Origin: an uncultured Gemmatimonadales bacterium
GTDB lineage: Bacteria > Gemmatimonadota > Gemmatimonadetes > Longimicrobiales > RSA9
Length of the DNA stretch: 64,000 nt
Direction: 5' to 3'
NCBI GenBank assembly: GCA_963798845.1
Contig: CAWCUS010000006.1
Location: forward strand, 512,001-576,000
This document shows, piece by piece, positions 31,453-41,342 of this stretch (its first letter is position 1; the number at the start of each line of letters is the position of its first letter). Made by a program: the position numbers and the translations under genes. Under the pieces are notes generated by a model that saw nothing but the letters and a program-made list of their open reading frames with translations, was not told the origin of the DNA and did no database searches.

Positions 31453-33245
31453 GGCCGAAGCTCGTACAGGACCGCTTCGCCGGGGGTGTGGGGCACGCGT
31501 TTCAGCCAGGGGGGCGGCGTCCCGGCAACGAGTCGCCCGAACAGAGTCGGCTTCCCCCGGTCCTCAGCGCTGAAGAACGACTCGTCGTGGCCGGGACAGA
31601 CGACCACCAGGTCGGCGCCACGCGCCTCCAGGATCTGGCGCGAGATCCCGGGATCCACGGCGTTCAGTGCCTCATGGACCGCGAACATGCCGGTGTTGCG
31701 GTGATAGGGGGAAGCCAGCACTGCGTCCGGCGTGCGGAACAGGATGGCGGGTCCGAAGTCCACGTGCGCGGCAACGACCCTCGGCTGCCGCAGGTCCGGG
31801 TCGCCGAGCGCGGAAATCACGTCCGTCTCCCCGCAGCGCGCCGGGCCTCCGGCGGCCGGCGGGCGAGCGCCCACGGCCGCGTCCACGAGCGCGCCGCCGA
31901 ACACCCATCCGGTGGCCCCCAGCACGACGGCCAGTGCTTTGACGAGCCGGTGACGGAAGCGGTCCCCGAGCCGCGCCCGGAGACGCAATGCGTAAACCGC
32001 GAGCAGGGCGGCCGCGATCATCTCCGCATACAGGAGCCAGCGGGCCTGTGACACGCCCATGACGGAAGTGGCGAGGAGGGGGAGCGCCAGGACCGCTGCG
32101 GCGCGGCGGTGTGGGCTCCCCGGGCGCAACAGCACGGGCAGCGCCGCCGCGGCGGCGACAGGAGCCCCGAAATACGCCACGGCCCTTCCCGGGCTCCACG
32201 GGAGCGGGCGGAACTCCTGCACACGACTGAGCCAGAAGGCGCGCAGCTCGGGCGGCACGTTCGCGAACGGGCCGGCGAGGAAGCCGGGCGCAACGCGTGT
32301 GAGGAGTCCGGCGAGCACCACGGCTCCGCCTGCGGCCATGGCGGTCCGGGGCGCAAGACCGGTGGCGCGGACCTGGCCGACCGACGCCCAGAACAGGACG
32401 AGGCCCATGGCCAGAAGGACGTGGACGGCGCTGATCCGGTCGAGCTCCAGGCTCAACCAACCGGTGTACGGCCGCTCCAGCACCAGCGCGATCATCAGAC
32501 CCAGGGCAGCCCAGGCGTGGAAGCTCCGGTTGACGCGCGCCCACGAGCCCGTCCGTGACTCGGTCAGCCACGGCAATCCGAGCAGCAGCGTCGCGAACCC
32601 GTAAACGAACAGCGCTTCCGTGCTGACCCAGATGCCGAGGGCGGCCACGATCCCGCCCAATCGCGCTGCCTCGAGCGCGCCCTGCCGGTCCGCGATGCGG
32701 ACCAGCGCCCCCAGCACCAGCGCCGCCAGGAGAAGGATGAGGAGGTGGTGGTCCGCGCGGCCGGGAAGGCCGTAGCTGGCGACCAGGGGCTGGCCCAGCA
32801 CGAACAGCGCGGTCATGGATGAATGAAGGTCCCGCACCATGGGGCGCACCATCCACGCGGCGGCTACGCACGTCCCCAGGAGGAGGAGTGGCGGCAGGAT
32901 CAGGCCTGCCGCGAGCACCGCGCGCGCCCCGAGCGCCGGCTCGAGCGGGAGCGCGAGGAGCAAGAGTACGAGGTCCAGCGGACGCGTCCAGTGCAGGGTC
33001 TCGCCGAAGGGCACGTTGCTCCGCGCGATCCCGGGGTCGTACCAGCGCAAGGGGGAATGGAGGAGCTCGCGCACCCTCACGAGGCGCATGTAGCCGTCAG
33101 GGTCGGCCAGCTGGCCGCGCAGGAGCTCGGGCCAGTGACCGCCCGGGAGCGCGGCCGCGGTCGCGAGGATGCCCGCGGCCGCGAGGGCCCACGCCCACGC
33201 GGGCTGATGGCGCGGCAGCGCCGGTTCGGGGGAGGGCAGGCTCAA
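31449..33245 (-). CDS. STT3/PglB/AglB-like GT-C membrane glycosyltransferase, copy 2
   Basis: DPDGYMRL, HWTRPLD, GRADHH, RVQEFRPL, HVDFG and PYHRN; about 13 TM segments plus a soluble C-domain. Confidence 0.75.
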   Translation of the reverse strand: MSLPSPEPALPRHQPAWAWALAAAGILATAAALPGGHWPELLRGQLADPDGYMRLVRVRELLHSPLRWYDPGIARSNVPFGETLHWTRPLDLVLLLLALPLEPALGARAVLAAGLILPPLLLLGTCVAAAWMVRPMVRDLHSSMTALFVLGQPLVASYGLPGRADHHLLILLLAALVLGALVRIADRQGALEAARLGGIVAALGIWVSTEALFVYGFATLLLGLPWLTESRTGSWARVNRSFHAWAALGLMIALVLERPYTGWLSLELDRISAVHVLLAMGLVLFWASVGQVRATGLAPRTAMAAGGAVVLAGLLTRVAPGFLAGPFANVPPELRAFWLSRVQEFRPLPWSPGRAVAYFGAPVAAAAALPVLLRPGSPHRRAAAVLALPLLATSVMGVSQARWLLYAEMIAAALLAVYALRLRARLGDRFRHRLVKALAVVLGATGWVFGGALVDAAVGARPPAAGGPARCGETDVISALGDPDLRQPRVVAAHVDFGPAILFRTPDAVLASPYHRNTGMFAVHEALNAVDPGISRQILEARGADLVVVCPGHDESFFSAEDRGKPTLFGRLVAGTPPPWLKRVPHTPGEAVLYELRP

Positions 33246-34624
33246 GCTTCGCTGCCCACCACGAGGTCGTGCTTCTCGATGATGCGGTCGAGCCGGCCGC
33301 GGGAGATGCCGAGGATGTCCGCGGTCTGGCTCTTGTGGCCGCCCGTCTGGAGCAGGACGCGCTGGACGTAGGCGCGCTCGGCGGCTTCCAGCACGCGGTC
33401 CAGCTCCACCTCGCCGCTCGGGACTTCGGCCGCGTACGCGCCCTTGAGCGGGCCGCCGGTGAGGTCCAGGTGCTCGGGCGCCAGCGTGTCTCCCTGGGCC
33501 AGGACCACGGCGCGGGTGAGGGCGTTCTCCAGCTCCCGCACGTTGCCGGGCCAGTCGTGGATGGCCAGGCGGCGGAGCACGTCATCGGGGATGCGGGGCG
33601 CGGCGCGGCCGGCCATGGCCGCGGCCTTGCCGACCATGTGGCGGGCGAGGAGGGGGATGTCGGAGCGGCGCTCGCGCAGGGGCGGGACGACGATCTCCAC
33701 CACCCTGAGGCGGAAGTAGAGGTCCTCGCGGAAGCGGCCTTCCTGGACGAGGCGCTCGATGGGCCGGTGCGTGGCGGCGAGGACGCGTGCCTCGGAGAAG
33801 CGCGGCTTCTCGCCGCCCACCGGGTAGAACTCGCCTTCCTGGAGGACGCGCAGCAGCTTGGCCTGGAAGGCGTTGGTGGTGTCCCCGATCTCGTCGAGGA
33901 AGATGGTGCCCCGGCCAGCCAGCTCGAAGCGGCCCTTGCGGTCCGCCTGGGCGCCGGTGAAGGCGCCCTTGACGTGGCCGAACAGCTCGGACTCCAGCAG
34001 CGTCTCCGGGAGGGAGGCGCAGTTGACGGAGATGAACGGCTCGGGCGCGCAGCGGGAGTTGTCGTGGATGGTGCGGGCGATGAGCTCCTTGCCGGTCCCG
34101 GTCTCTCCGCGGATGAGGACCGGGGCGGTGGAAGACGCCACGCGCCCGACGATCTTGAAGACCTCGATCATCGCGGGGTGGCGTCCCACGAGGCCGTTGG
34201 TCTGGAGCTGCTCGATGGCATCGTCGCCGGCGCGGCCGGCGTGGGCGCTGCGGGCCTGCTCCTCGAGGGCGGAGCGGACCACGTCGTCGACCTGGTCCAG
34301 GTCGAGCGGCTTGACCAGGTAGTCGTAGGCGCCGTCCTTCATGGCGTCGATGGCCGTCTGCATCTCGTCGTACGCGGTCATCAGGACGACGGCGATGTCG
34401 GGGGCGTCCGCGCGGATCTTCCGGAGCAGGTCGAAGCCGCTCATGCCGGGCATGCGGAGGTCGCTGAGCACGAGGCCGGGTGCGAAGCGGTGGAAGGCGG
34501 AGAGGGCGTGCTCGGCGTCCTCGAACGCCTCGACCTCGTACCCGGCCTGGCCGAGGTGGCGCTGGAGGATCTCCCGGTGCGACGGGTCGTCCTCGACGAT
34601 CATGATCCGGTGGCTCATCGGCAT
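33242..34624 (-). CDS. Sigma54-dependent response regulator (NtrC/AtoC-type REC-AAA-HTH)
   Basis: IVEDD, LSDLRMPG, KP, GETGTGKE, ESELFGH, GAFTGA, WPGNVREL and a Fis-type HTH. Confidence 0.95.
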   Translation of the reverse strand: MPMSHRIMIVEDDPSHREILQRHLGQAGYEVEAFEDAEHALSAFHRFAPGLVLSDLRMPGMSGFDLLRKIRADAPDIAVVLMTAYDEMQTAIDAMKDGAYDYLVKPLDLDQVDDVVRSALEEQARSAHAGRAGDDAIEQLQTNGLVGRHPAMIEVFKIVGRVASSTAPVLIRGETGTGKELIARTIHDNSRCAPEPFISVNCASLPETLLESELFGHVKGAFTGAQADRKGRFELAGRGTIFLDEIGDTTNAFQAKLLRVLQEGEFYPVGGEKPRFSEARVLAATHRPIERLVQEGRFREDLYFRLRVVEIVVPPLRERRSDIPLLARHMVGKAAAMAGRAAPRIPDDVLRRLAIHDWPGNVRELENALTRAVVLAQGDTLAPEHLDLTGGPLKGAYAAEVPSGEVELDRVLEAAERAYVQRVLLQTGGHKSQTADILGISRGRLDRIIEKHDLVVGSEA

Positions 34625-36361
34625 CAACGGGCTCCAGCGAGAACGGGTTTTTCGTCGGTTGCGGTAGGGGCGTCGGGGGCGTCGGACGTGGCCAGCTGGA
34701 GGCGCACCACGAAGGCCGCGCCGGTGCCGGTGGCCACCGGCTCGCAGGTGATCTCGCCCCCCCACCGCTGCACCACGCGCGCGGCCATCGGGAGCCCGAT
34801 CCCGTTGCCGCGCGGCTTGGTGGTGAAGAACGGCTCGAAGATGCGGCGCGCGAGGCCGGGCGGCACGCCGGGCCCGTTGTCGGCCACGCGCACGCCCACC
34901 TCGCCCGCCTCGCGGTCCGTCCACGTGGTGATCCGGATCCGGGGCGAGCCGGTGCCGTCCAGCGCGTCCAGCGCGTTCACCAGCAGGTTCATCCACACGC
35001 CGCGCAGCGACTCGGCGTCGCAGTACGCGCGGTCGGGGTCGGCGGCGCGGGACACGGCCACGTCCACGCGCAGGATGCCGAGCTTGGGCCCGAGGACCTG
35101 GAGGGCGTCGTCGATGGTGCCGTGGACGGAGCAGGCGCCGGCGCGGCCGCGCGCGGGCGGGCGGCCCATCTCCAGGACCGTGCGCACCACGCCGTCGAGG
35201 CGGTTCACCTCGCTCAGCGCGATGTCGAGGACGCGCGGCGCGTCGTCCGGCAGGCCGCCGCGATCGAGCGAGCGGCGGAGGCTCTGGAGGCTCAGCCGGA
35301 TGGAGCTCAGCGGGTTCCGGATCTCGTGCGAGAGGTACGACGCCAGCTCGCCGACGGCCGCCATCTTCTGGCTCAGCTCGCTCTGCCGGATCGACTCGTC
35401 CAGCCGGTCCGTCATCTTGCGGAAGGCGAGCGTGAGGCGGCCCACCTCGTCGTCGGTGGGCGGCGGCAGCCACGGGTTCAGGTGGCCCAGGCGCACCGCG
35501 TCCGCGGCGCTGGCCAGCGCGCGCAGGGACCGGAAGGAGTTCTGCGCCAGCATCGAGAACAGGAGCGCCGCGCCGGACAGGATCAGGAGCGCGAGGCCGA
35601 GATAGAGGAGCCGGCTCTGGCGGAACGGCCCGACGAACTCGTCGTCGCTGGAGTGCACGGTCACGACCCAGCCCGCGTCCGGCGCCACGGCCGCCGACGC
35701 CCGCCAGAGGCGGTCCCCCTCGCGGCGGTACGACATGGTGCGCCGCGCGATCAGCGTCTCCACCGCGTCCGCCAGCGAACGGGGGAAAGGGCGAGTCGCC
35801 CGCCCGGGCGCAGTCGGAGGTGTAGAGGGGGCGGCCCGTGGCCCGCTCGATGAGCCGGCTGAACCCGGCCTGCCCCAGGTGCGCGCTCATCGCCGGCGCA
35901 CCCTCGACCAGGCGGGCGATCGGGACCTCGCCCACCAGCCGCGCACCCGAAGCGCCCGCGCCTGGGAGCGGCACGTCCATGCGCGTCGCCGCCGGCTCGC
36001 CAGGGCACCCCGCGTGGACCGGGGCGCTCCCGCCCGCTTCCAGCAGCGTGCGCGGCTCACGGTCGGGCAGGTACAGGATGAGGGCGGAGAACGGGCGGGG
36101 CGGTGCGCCGTCGAGGGTGACGGCCGCGCCGCGCGCCTGCTGGAGCGCGACCCGCTCCGCGATGGACCGGAGCGCCGAGGCCGCGTCCGCGTACTCCCGG
36201 TCGAGCTCCCCGGCCGCCTGCGTGGCCAGCGCCTCGCCGCGCGCCTCGATCACGGCCCGCAGCGCGTCCACCGACTGCACGTAGTCCCCCGCGCCCAGCA
36301 GCACGACCGGCAGCAGGGCGAAGCCGAAGAACAGCAGCAGGATTCTCGCTCGCAGCGACAC
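34624..36361 (-). CDS. Sensor histidine kinase: TM, periplasmic domain, TM, HAMP, HisKA, HATPase (frameshift about 35770)
   Basis: N-terminal VSLRARILLLF TM in one frame; DEVGRL HAMP, HEIRNPL, NLLVNA, DNGPG, FEPFFTTK and GIGL in the next frame. Confidence 0.88.
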
Positions 36362-36492
36362 GCGCGTCTCGTTTCTGGCCTGGGAACCGGATCCGTGGGG
36401 GGCCGCCCGCGCCCGCCCACGCGGCCGGTCGGGGTCCAATCTAGTGGATGGCGCCGGCCTCACAAGGTTCGTGTACCACGACGGAACAACCC

Positions 36493-36508
36493 GGCAACAC
36501 CCTGTCCA
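36493..36508 (-). promoter_or_regulatory. Sigma54-like promoter (TGGACA-GGGTG-TTGCC)
   Basis: GG-N10-GC in the intergenic gap upstream of the kinase. Confidence 0.45.
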
Positions 36509-36516
36509 CGATGACC

Positions 36517-36810
36517 TTAGCGGGCGGCCGCCGCGCCGGAGGAGAGGGCGCCTCCGCCGGCGGAGACCGCCAGCCGGGGCCGATCCGGCGCCGCCCCGGG
36601 CTCGTCCGGGTCCTCCGCGCCTGGGGCGCCCACGCGCTCGAAGAAGTACGGCCCGGCGAGCGACGGCTCGTCGTCCGGAACGCCGGCGGGTCCGCCCGCC
36701 CGGGCCCGAACGCGGAAGACGACGTATCCCACGGACGCGAGCACGATCATGGTCGTGATGGTGAGCACCACGACGAAGACGGCGAGCGCCAGGATCTGGC
36801 TGGAGCCCAT
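36517..36810 (-). CDS. Small single-TM protein directly downstream of KaiC-like copy 2
   Basis: GGAGGG RBS; MGSSQILALAVFVVVLTITTMIVLASVGYVVFRVR followed by a GPYFFER tail. Confidence 0.7.
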   Translation of the reverse strand: MGSSQILALAVFVVVLTITTMIVLASVGYVVFRVRARAGGPAGVPDDEPSLAGPYFFERVGAPGAEDPDEPGAAPDRPRLAVSAGGGALSSGAAAAR

Positions 36811-36811
36811 C

Positions 36812-38365
36812 TCAATCCCTCCCCTCGAGCGCCGCCGGGCGGGGCGAGCTTCGCCCGCCGAAGCGGCTCTGTATGGCATCCCGGTCCACCGGGAACGTGA
36901 GCAGCTCGTATTCGCCCGGCGTGGCCGCGCGGAGTCTCCCCGCGAGGTCCAGCGCGGTGTCCGGGTCCACGTGCGCCAGGTAGATGGCCACGCGCCGGTC
37001 GTCGAGCAGGGCGACCAGGTCGCCGTCCGACAGCCGCACCCGGCCCTGCAGGATGTTCCACCCCTCGCCGGGACCGCCCCGCGGCTCCGCCACCAGCAGG
37101 GCGAACATCGGCGGGCTCGGCTCCGCGGTGATCAGCGACACGGCGTCCGAGAACTCGACGGCCGTCATGAGACGCGGCAGCCCGCGTCCGTCCACGGGCT
37201 GCTTGGGGCTCGGGGGCGCGGTGCGGCCGCTGCGGCGAGGGCCGCGGCCGGTGGCCGCCTCCACGCGCTCGAGGACCTCCACGGGCGAAGCTTCATCGGT
37301 GAGGAAGTCGTCGCCGCCGGCGCGCAGCGCCCGGACGCGGGTGCTGTTGCGCAGCCCTTCCCGGGGCGCGATGAACAGGATGGGCGCCCCGTTGCCCGAC
37401 TTGCGGAGCGAGTAGGCGAGGTCGAGCGTCACCTGCGGGTGGTAGGGGTCGAGGCCGAGGAGCAGGGCGCCGTAGCCGCCGGCCATGATGTCGCTGAAGC
37501 CCGTTTCCAGGCTCGCGAACCGCTCCAGGCTGAAGCCCTCCCCCAGCGCGGCCAGGAAATGGCCAGGGATCACGCCGTGGGCGTCCAGCACCAGCAGGCG
37601 GTGCCTCAGCTCCGCCGCCTGCGCGTCCGGCTCCCAGTCCCGGATCCCGTCCACGATCCCGACTCCGGCGCGGATCTCGAAGGCGAACGGATCCGTCCGG
37701 TGCGCCTTCTGGCGCAGCTTCCGGATCGACAGCTCGCGCCTCGAGCCGTCCGCCCTCGCCAGGTGGAACACGCCCGCCGCCGACGTGATCACGCGGTCGT
37801 AGAAACGGCCCCGCGGGCTGCGGCGCTCTCCCGGAACCGTGACGTACGTGGTGCTGCGCGCACGCTCCAGGAAGTCGCCCAGCGCGTCCACCAGGTCGCC
37901 CGTCTCGCGCGCGCCCTCCAGGAACGGCCCGGCCGAGTCGATCACCAGCCGGTCCGGGAACATGCCGCGCTCCACGAGCAGCGCCTCCAGCTCCTCCCGG
38001 ACCGCGCCCGGGTCGCCCACCCGGCCGTACCGCCGCGGGAAGTCCGGGCGGATCCGCACCAGGACCAGCCGCCCCTCGCGCAGCGCCGGGCGCAGGTCGC
38101 ACCCAATGTGGTCCGCGTGCGCCAGGAGGTCATCGGTGGACTCCTGCGTCACGATCCCGCACATCTCCCCCTCGTCCAGTCCCTGCGCGATGAAGTGGAG
38201 CGCCACCGTGGTCTTCCCGGCCCCGGGCTCGCCCGTCAGGGCGTAGTGCCGCCCGGGCACCAGCGTGCCGAGGCGCATGTCGAGCGCCCCGATCCCCGTC
38301 GACACCATGCGACCCGGCCGCGGCGGGTCCGTGTGCTCCCTCACTGCGGCAGACTGCGTCGTCAT
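36812..38365 (-). CDS. KaiC/RAD55-like ATPase + degenerate REC + degenerate GGDEF-like protein (copy 2)
   Basis: STGIGALD, Walker A GEPGAGKT, QES, Walker B LVIDS, RELSIRKLR, REC-like NGAPILFI...GGDDF and RLSDGDLVALLDDRRVAIYL. Confidence 0.8.
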   Translation of the reverse strand: MTTQSAAVREHTDPPRPGRMVSTGIGALDMRLGTLVPGRHYALTGEPGAGKTTVALHFIAQGLDEGEMCGIVTQESTDDLLAHADHIGCDLRPALREGRLVLVRIRPDFPRRYGRVGDPGAVREELEALLVERGMFPDRLVIDSAGPFLEGARETGDLVDALGDFLERARSTTYVTVPGERRSPRGRFYDRVITSAAGVFHLARADGSRRELSIRKLRQKAHRTDPFAFEIRAGVGIVDGIRDWEPDAQAAELRHRLLVLDAHGVIPGHFLAALGEGFSLERFASLETGFSDIMAGGYGALLLGLDPYHPQVTLDLAYSLRKSGNGAPILFIAPREGLRNSTRVRALRAGGDDFLTDEASPVEVLERVEAATGRGPRRSGRTAPPSPKQPVDGRGLPRLMTAVEFSDAVSLITAEPSPPMFALLVAEPRGGPGEGWNILQGRVRLSDGDLVALLDDRRVAIYLAHVDPDTALDLAGRLRAATPGEYELLTFPVDRDAIQSRFGGRSSPRPAALEGRD

Positions 38366-38454
38366 CGCGCTTCCAGCACCCGGTGTCCGTTTCCTGAAGC
38401 TCGCCGTCGCTGCGGCGGTGAGACCCGGCGAGGTGGCCGGGGACCACCGACGGG

Positions 38455-38497
38455 GGCAAGGCGTATGCCCCCCGTTTACATCCGTCTCAACGTGTTG
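38455..38497 (-). promoter_or_regulatory. Sigma54-like promoter with upstream IHF-like site
   Basis: Minus-strand GGGCAT-ACGCC-TTGCC (38470-38455) and CAA-N4-TTG at 38488-38497. Confidence 0.55.
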
Positions 38498-38680
38498 CGT
38501 AGCTGCGGGTTAGGTGGCTGGTGCCGGACGGTTCCGGGCCGACGCTCCGCTAGATTGTTCCGGGATGGGACACTTTTGCGGGCAACGCCCCCGAGCCCAT
38601 CATTGACGGGGCGGCCGCGGGCTGTTACGGAGTAATGCGGGGCCGGCGCCCCACGCGTTCACCCGGAACAGAAAGTCGCG

Positions 38681-38863
38681 ATGCTCGAGCGGGGCCTGGC
38701 GTTGGGACGGGCTGGCATCCACGCCGTGGTCGGGTTCTTCGGCGGGCTCGGCCGGCACGTGGCCGACTGGGCGCGTGGGCGGGACGTGACGCTGCTGGTG
38801 GTGCTGGTGGTGGTGGCGCTGCTGCTCCTCTTCGCGTTCGTACCGAACCGGCGGCGGCCCTGA
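38681..38863 (+). CDS. Small membrane protein (60 aa)
   Basis: One strong TM segment followed by a basic tail, in an otherwise intergenic gap. Confidence 0.5.
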   Translation: MLERGLALGRAGIHAVVGFFGGLGRHVADWARGRDVTLLVVLVVVALLLLFAFVPNRRRP

Positions 38864-38875
38864 GCGGGTGGGCCG

Positions 38876-40012
38876 TCACAGGCCGAGGACGCGCATCACG
38901 TCGCTGGTCACGGCCCAGACCATGAGCATGGCCACGAGTGCGACGCCCGCCCTTCCCACGGCCACGCGGACTCTCCGGGGCGCCGGCTTCCCGCGCACCA
39001 CCTCCACGAGCAGGAACAGGAGGTGGCCGCCATCGAGGGCGGGGATGGGGAGGAAGTTGACGAGGGCGAGGTTGATGGAGAGCGTGGCCACGAACATGAG
39101 GAAGACGGGCAGCCCGGCCCGGGCGGTGGCGCCGCTGAGCTGACCGATGAGGATCGGGCCGCCGAGCTCGCGGGCGGAGTGGCGCCCGTCGAAGAGGCCG
39201 CTGGCGAAGTCGCCCATCAGGGAGATGATGTAGCGGCTCTGGGAGACTCCCCACCCGAGCGCGGCGAGCGGGGCTTTCCGGACGCGCGCAGGGTGGCCGG
39301 CGCCCGCATCGGAGACCGGCTCCAGCGCCAGCGGGAGGAAGCGCCTCGACGACGCCTGCCGCGGGATGTCGATCGTGACGGCCGGGCGGTTGGCGAAGTG
39401 CAGCGTGAGCGGACCGGCCGGCGCGGCCATGAGCGCGCGCGCCGCCTCGTCCATGGTCGTGATGCGCCGGTCACCGATCGCGGTGATGCGCGCGCCCGGA
39501 CGCACGCCGGCCAGCGCGGCCGCGCCGGGCGGAAGCCACTCCTCCACCACGTTCCCCACCACCGGCCCGGCCGGGACGGGCACGCCCCAGATGCCCGCCA
39601 CGGCCGCGAACAGGAGCACGGCCAGGAGGGCGTTCATGGCCACGCCGGCGCCGAGCACCAGGGCCCGGCCGGCTGCCGACTTCGACTCGAAGTTCCGGTC
39701 GGGGTCGGTCCCGGACTCCCCGTCGTCTCCGCCTTCCAGCGCGCTCATCTCCTCGAGCCCCGCGATCTTGACGTAGCCGCCCAGCGGGAAGGCGGACAGG
39801 CGGTACTCGGTCTCGCCGCGGCGGAAGCCGAAGATCCTGGGGCCGAGCCCGATCGAGAAGCGGGGTACGCGGATGTCGAGCCAGCGCGCGGCGGCGAAGT
39901 GGCCCAGCTCGTGGACCAGGATGAGCACCCCGAGGACGCCCAGCGCCACGAGGATCGAGAAGACCAGGAAACCCCCTCCGTTCAGTCCGTATCGGCCCTC
40001 GAAAAGGCGCAC
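38876..40012 (-). CDS. rseP: RIP metalloprotease, RseP-like (M50, one PDZ-like domain)
   Basis: HELGH, FSIGLG, PLGGYV, AGVAMN, GGPI and NFLPIPALDGGH. Confidence 0.88.
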   Translation of the reverse strand: MRLFEGRYGLNGGGFLVFSILVALGVLGVLILVHELGHFAAARWLDIRVPRFSIGLGPRIFGFRRGETEYRLSAFPLGGYVKIAGLEEMSALEGGDDGESGTDPDRNFESKSAAGRALVLGAGVAMNALLAVLLFAAVAGIWGVPVPAGPVVGNVVEEWLPPGAAALAGVRPGARITAIGDRRITTMDEAARALMAAPAGPLTLHFANRPAVTIDIPRQASSRRFLPLALEPVSDAGAGHPARVRKAPLAALGWGVSQSRYIISLMGDFASGLFDGRHSARELGGPILIGQLSGATARAGLPVFLMFVATLSINLALVNFLPIPALDGGHLLFLLVEVVRGKPAPRRVRVAVGRAGVALVAMLMVWAVTSDVMRVLGL

Positions 40013-40037
40013 GAACCGTACCGCGACGGAAAGGGCG

Positions 40038-41342
40038 TCAGGCGGCGCGGATCCAGCGGATGAGCTCGCTCAGCGACGCCTTCTTTCCCGTGGCCAGGAT
40101 GCCGGCGCGGTAGATCTTGCCGGCGATCCACGCGATGATCGCGGCGGTGACGACCATGAGGGCGAGGGAGAGGGCCACCTGCGGCCAGGATGCCGGCGCG
40201 GCGGCGAGGCGCATGGGCATGGCCACCGGGGCGGTGAGGGGGAACAGGCCCAGGAATGTGGCGATCCCGCCGTCCGGCTCGTTGGTGATGGCGCCGAGGA
40301 AGAGGAGGGGGAGGAAGAGGGGGAGCATGAGCATCATCTGGTACGGCTGGGCTTCCTGCTCCGTGCTCATGGCCGCGCCGAGGCCGGCGAAGAGGGCGGC
40401 GTAGACCAGGAATCCGAGGACGAAGAAGGCGAGCAGCGTGCCCAGGATGGCGGGCGGCAGCCGCACGGCCTCCATCGTGGAGGCGGAAACGCCGAACTGC
40501 TCGCGCAGCAGCTCGGACTGGCTGGTCACGAGCATGATGATGCCCGCCCAGATCGCCAGCTGGAGGAGCGCGGCGGCGCTCACGCCGGCGATCTTCCCGC
40601 CCATGAGACGTCCCGCGCGCACCGTGGACACCAGGATCTCCGAGATGCGCGTGGTCTTCTCCTGTATCACGCTGCGCATGACCGCGTGTCCGTACATCGC
40701 GATGACCATGTACGCCATGAACGCCAGGATGTACGCCACGAAGAAGGTGCTCTCTGCGTCGCCCGCCGATTCCCCGGCTTCCGTGATCCGGGCGGTCCGC
40801 ACCGTCACCGGCCGCATGAGGCGCCCGATGACGGCCGGGTCGAGCCCCGCCGAGCCGAGGCGCCGCGTCTCCACCGCCGCGGTGGCGGCCGCGCGCACGT
40901 CGCGGAGGAGGAGCCGGTTCGTGATGTTTCTGGCCCGCAGCTCCACCAGGCCGCTGTCGACCGTCTCGGGTCCGAGCACGACGTAGGCGTCCAGCTCCCT
41001 GTCGGTGATGCGCTGGTTGAGGCGGTCGAAGTCCGCCTCGCCCAGTGAGATGCGCTGGAGGTCGTACGTGGTGGCCGCTTCCTCCTCGCCCGTCCCGGCG
41101 GGCGCTTCCCCGGCCGCGTCGACGCGCCGGGCGTGGAGCGCCTGGACGAACACGGCGGCCACCCCGGCGGGGGCGCCGTCGACCACCACCACTCGCCGCT
41201 CGCCGCCGGAGTCGCCGCCGAGCGTGGGGAGGATGAGGATGGCGATGAGGAAGAGGGGGAAGGCGAGGGTGCCGACCACGAAGCTGCGCGTCTGGACGCG
41301 CTCGCGGAACTCGCGCTCGATGATGATGAGCAGCTCAGTCAT
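40038..41342 (-). CDS. ABC-2 exporter permease (NatB/YhaP-like)
   Basis: MTELLIIIEREF start; QEKTTRISEIL...MGGK and KIYRAGIL. Confidence 0.88.
   Translation of the reverse strand: MTELLIIIEREFRERVQTRSFVVGTLAFPLFLIAILILPTLGGDSGGERRVVVVDGAPAGVAAVFVQALHARRVDAAGEAPAGTGEEEAATTYDLQRISLGEADFDRLNQRITDRELDAYVVLGPETVDSGLVELRARNITNRLLLRDVRAAATAAVETRRLGSAGLDPAVIGRLMRPVTVRTARITEAGESAGDAESTFFVAYILAFMAYMVIAMYGHAVMRSVIQEKTTRISEILVSTVRAGRLMGGKIAGVSAAALLQLAIWAGIIMLVTSQSELLREQFGVSASTMEAVRLPPAILGTLLAFFVLGFLVYAALFAGLGAAMSTEQEAQPYQMMLMLPLFLPLLFLGAITNEPDGGIATFLGLFPLTAPVAMPMRLAAAPASWPQVALSLALMVVTAAIIAWIAGKIYRAGILATGKKASLSELIRWIRAA

Noticed and set aside
33242..36463. 1073-aa ORF suggesting a membrane sensor fused to a sigma54 activator
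   Set aside because: The middle is the off-frame reading of the kinase core (34624-35763); one indel at about 35770 explains it.
38452..38472. GGGGGCA...TGCCCCC hairpin as a terminator or riboswitch
   Set aside because: No U-tract and no recognisable aptamer; it coincides with the sigma54-like promoter.
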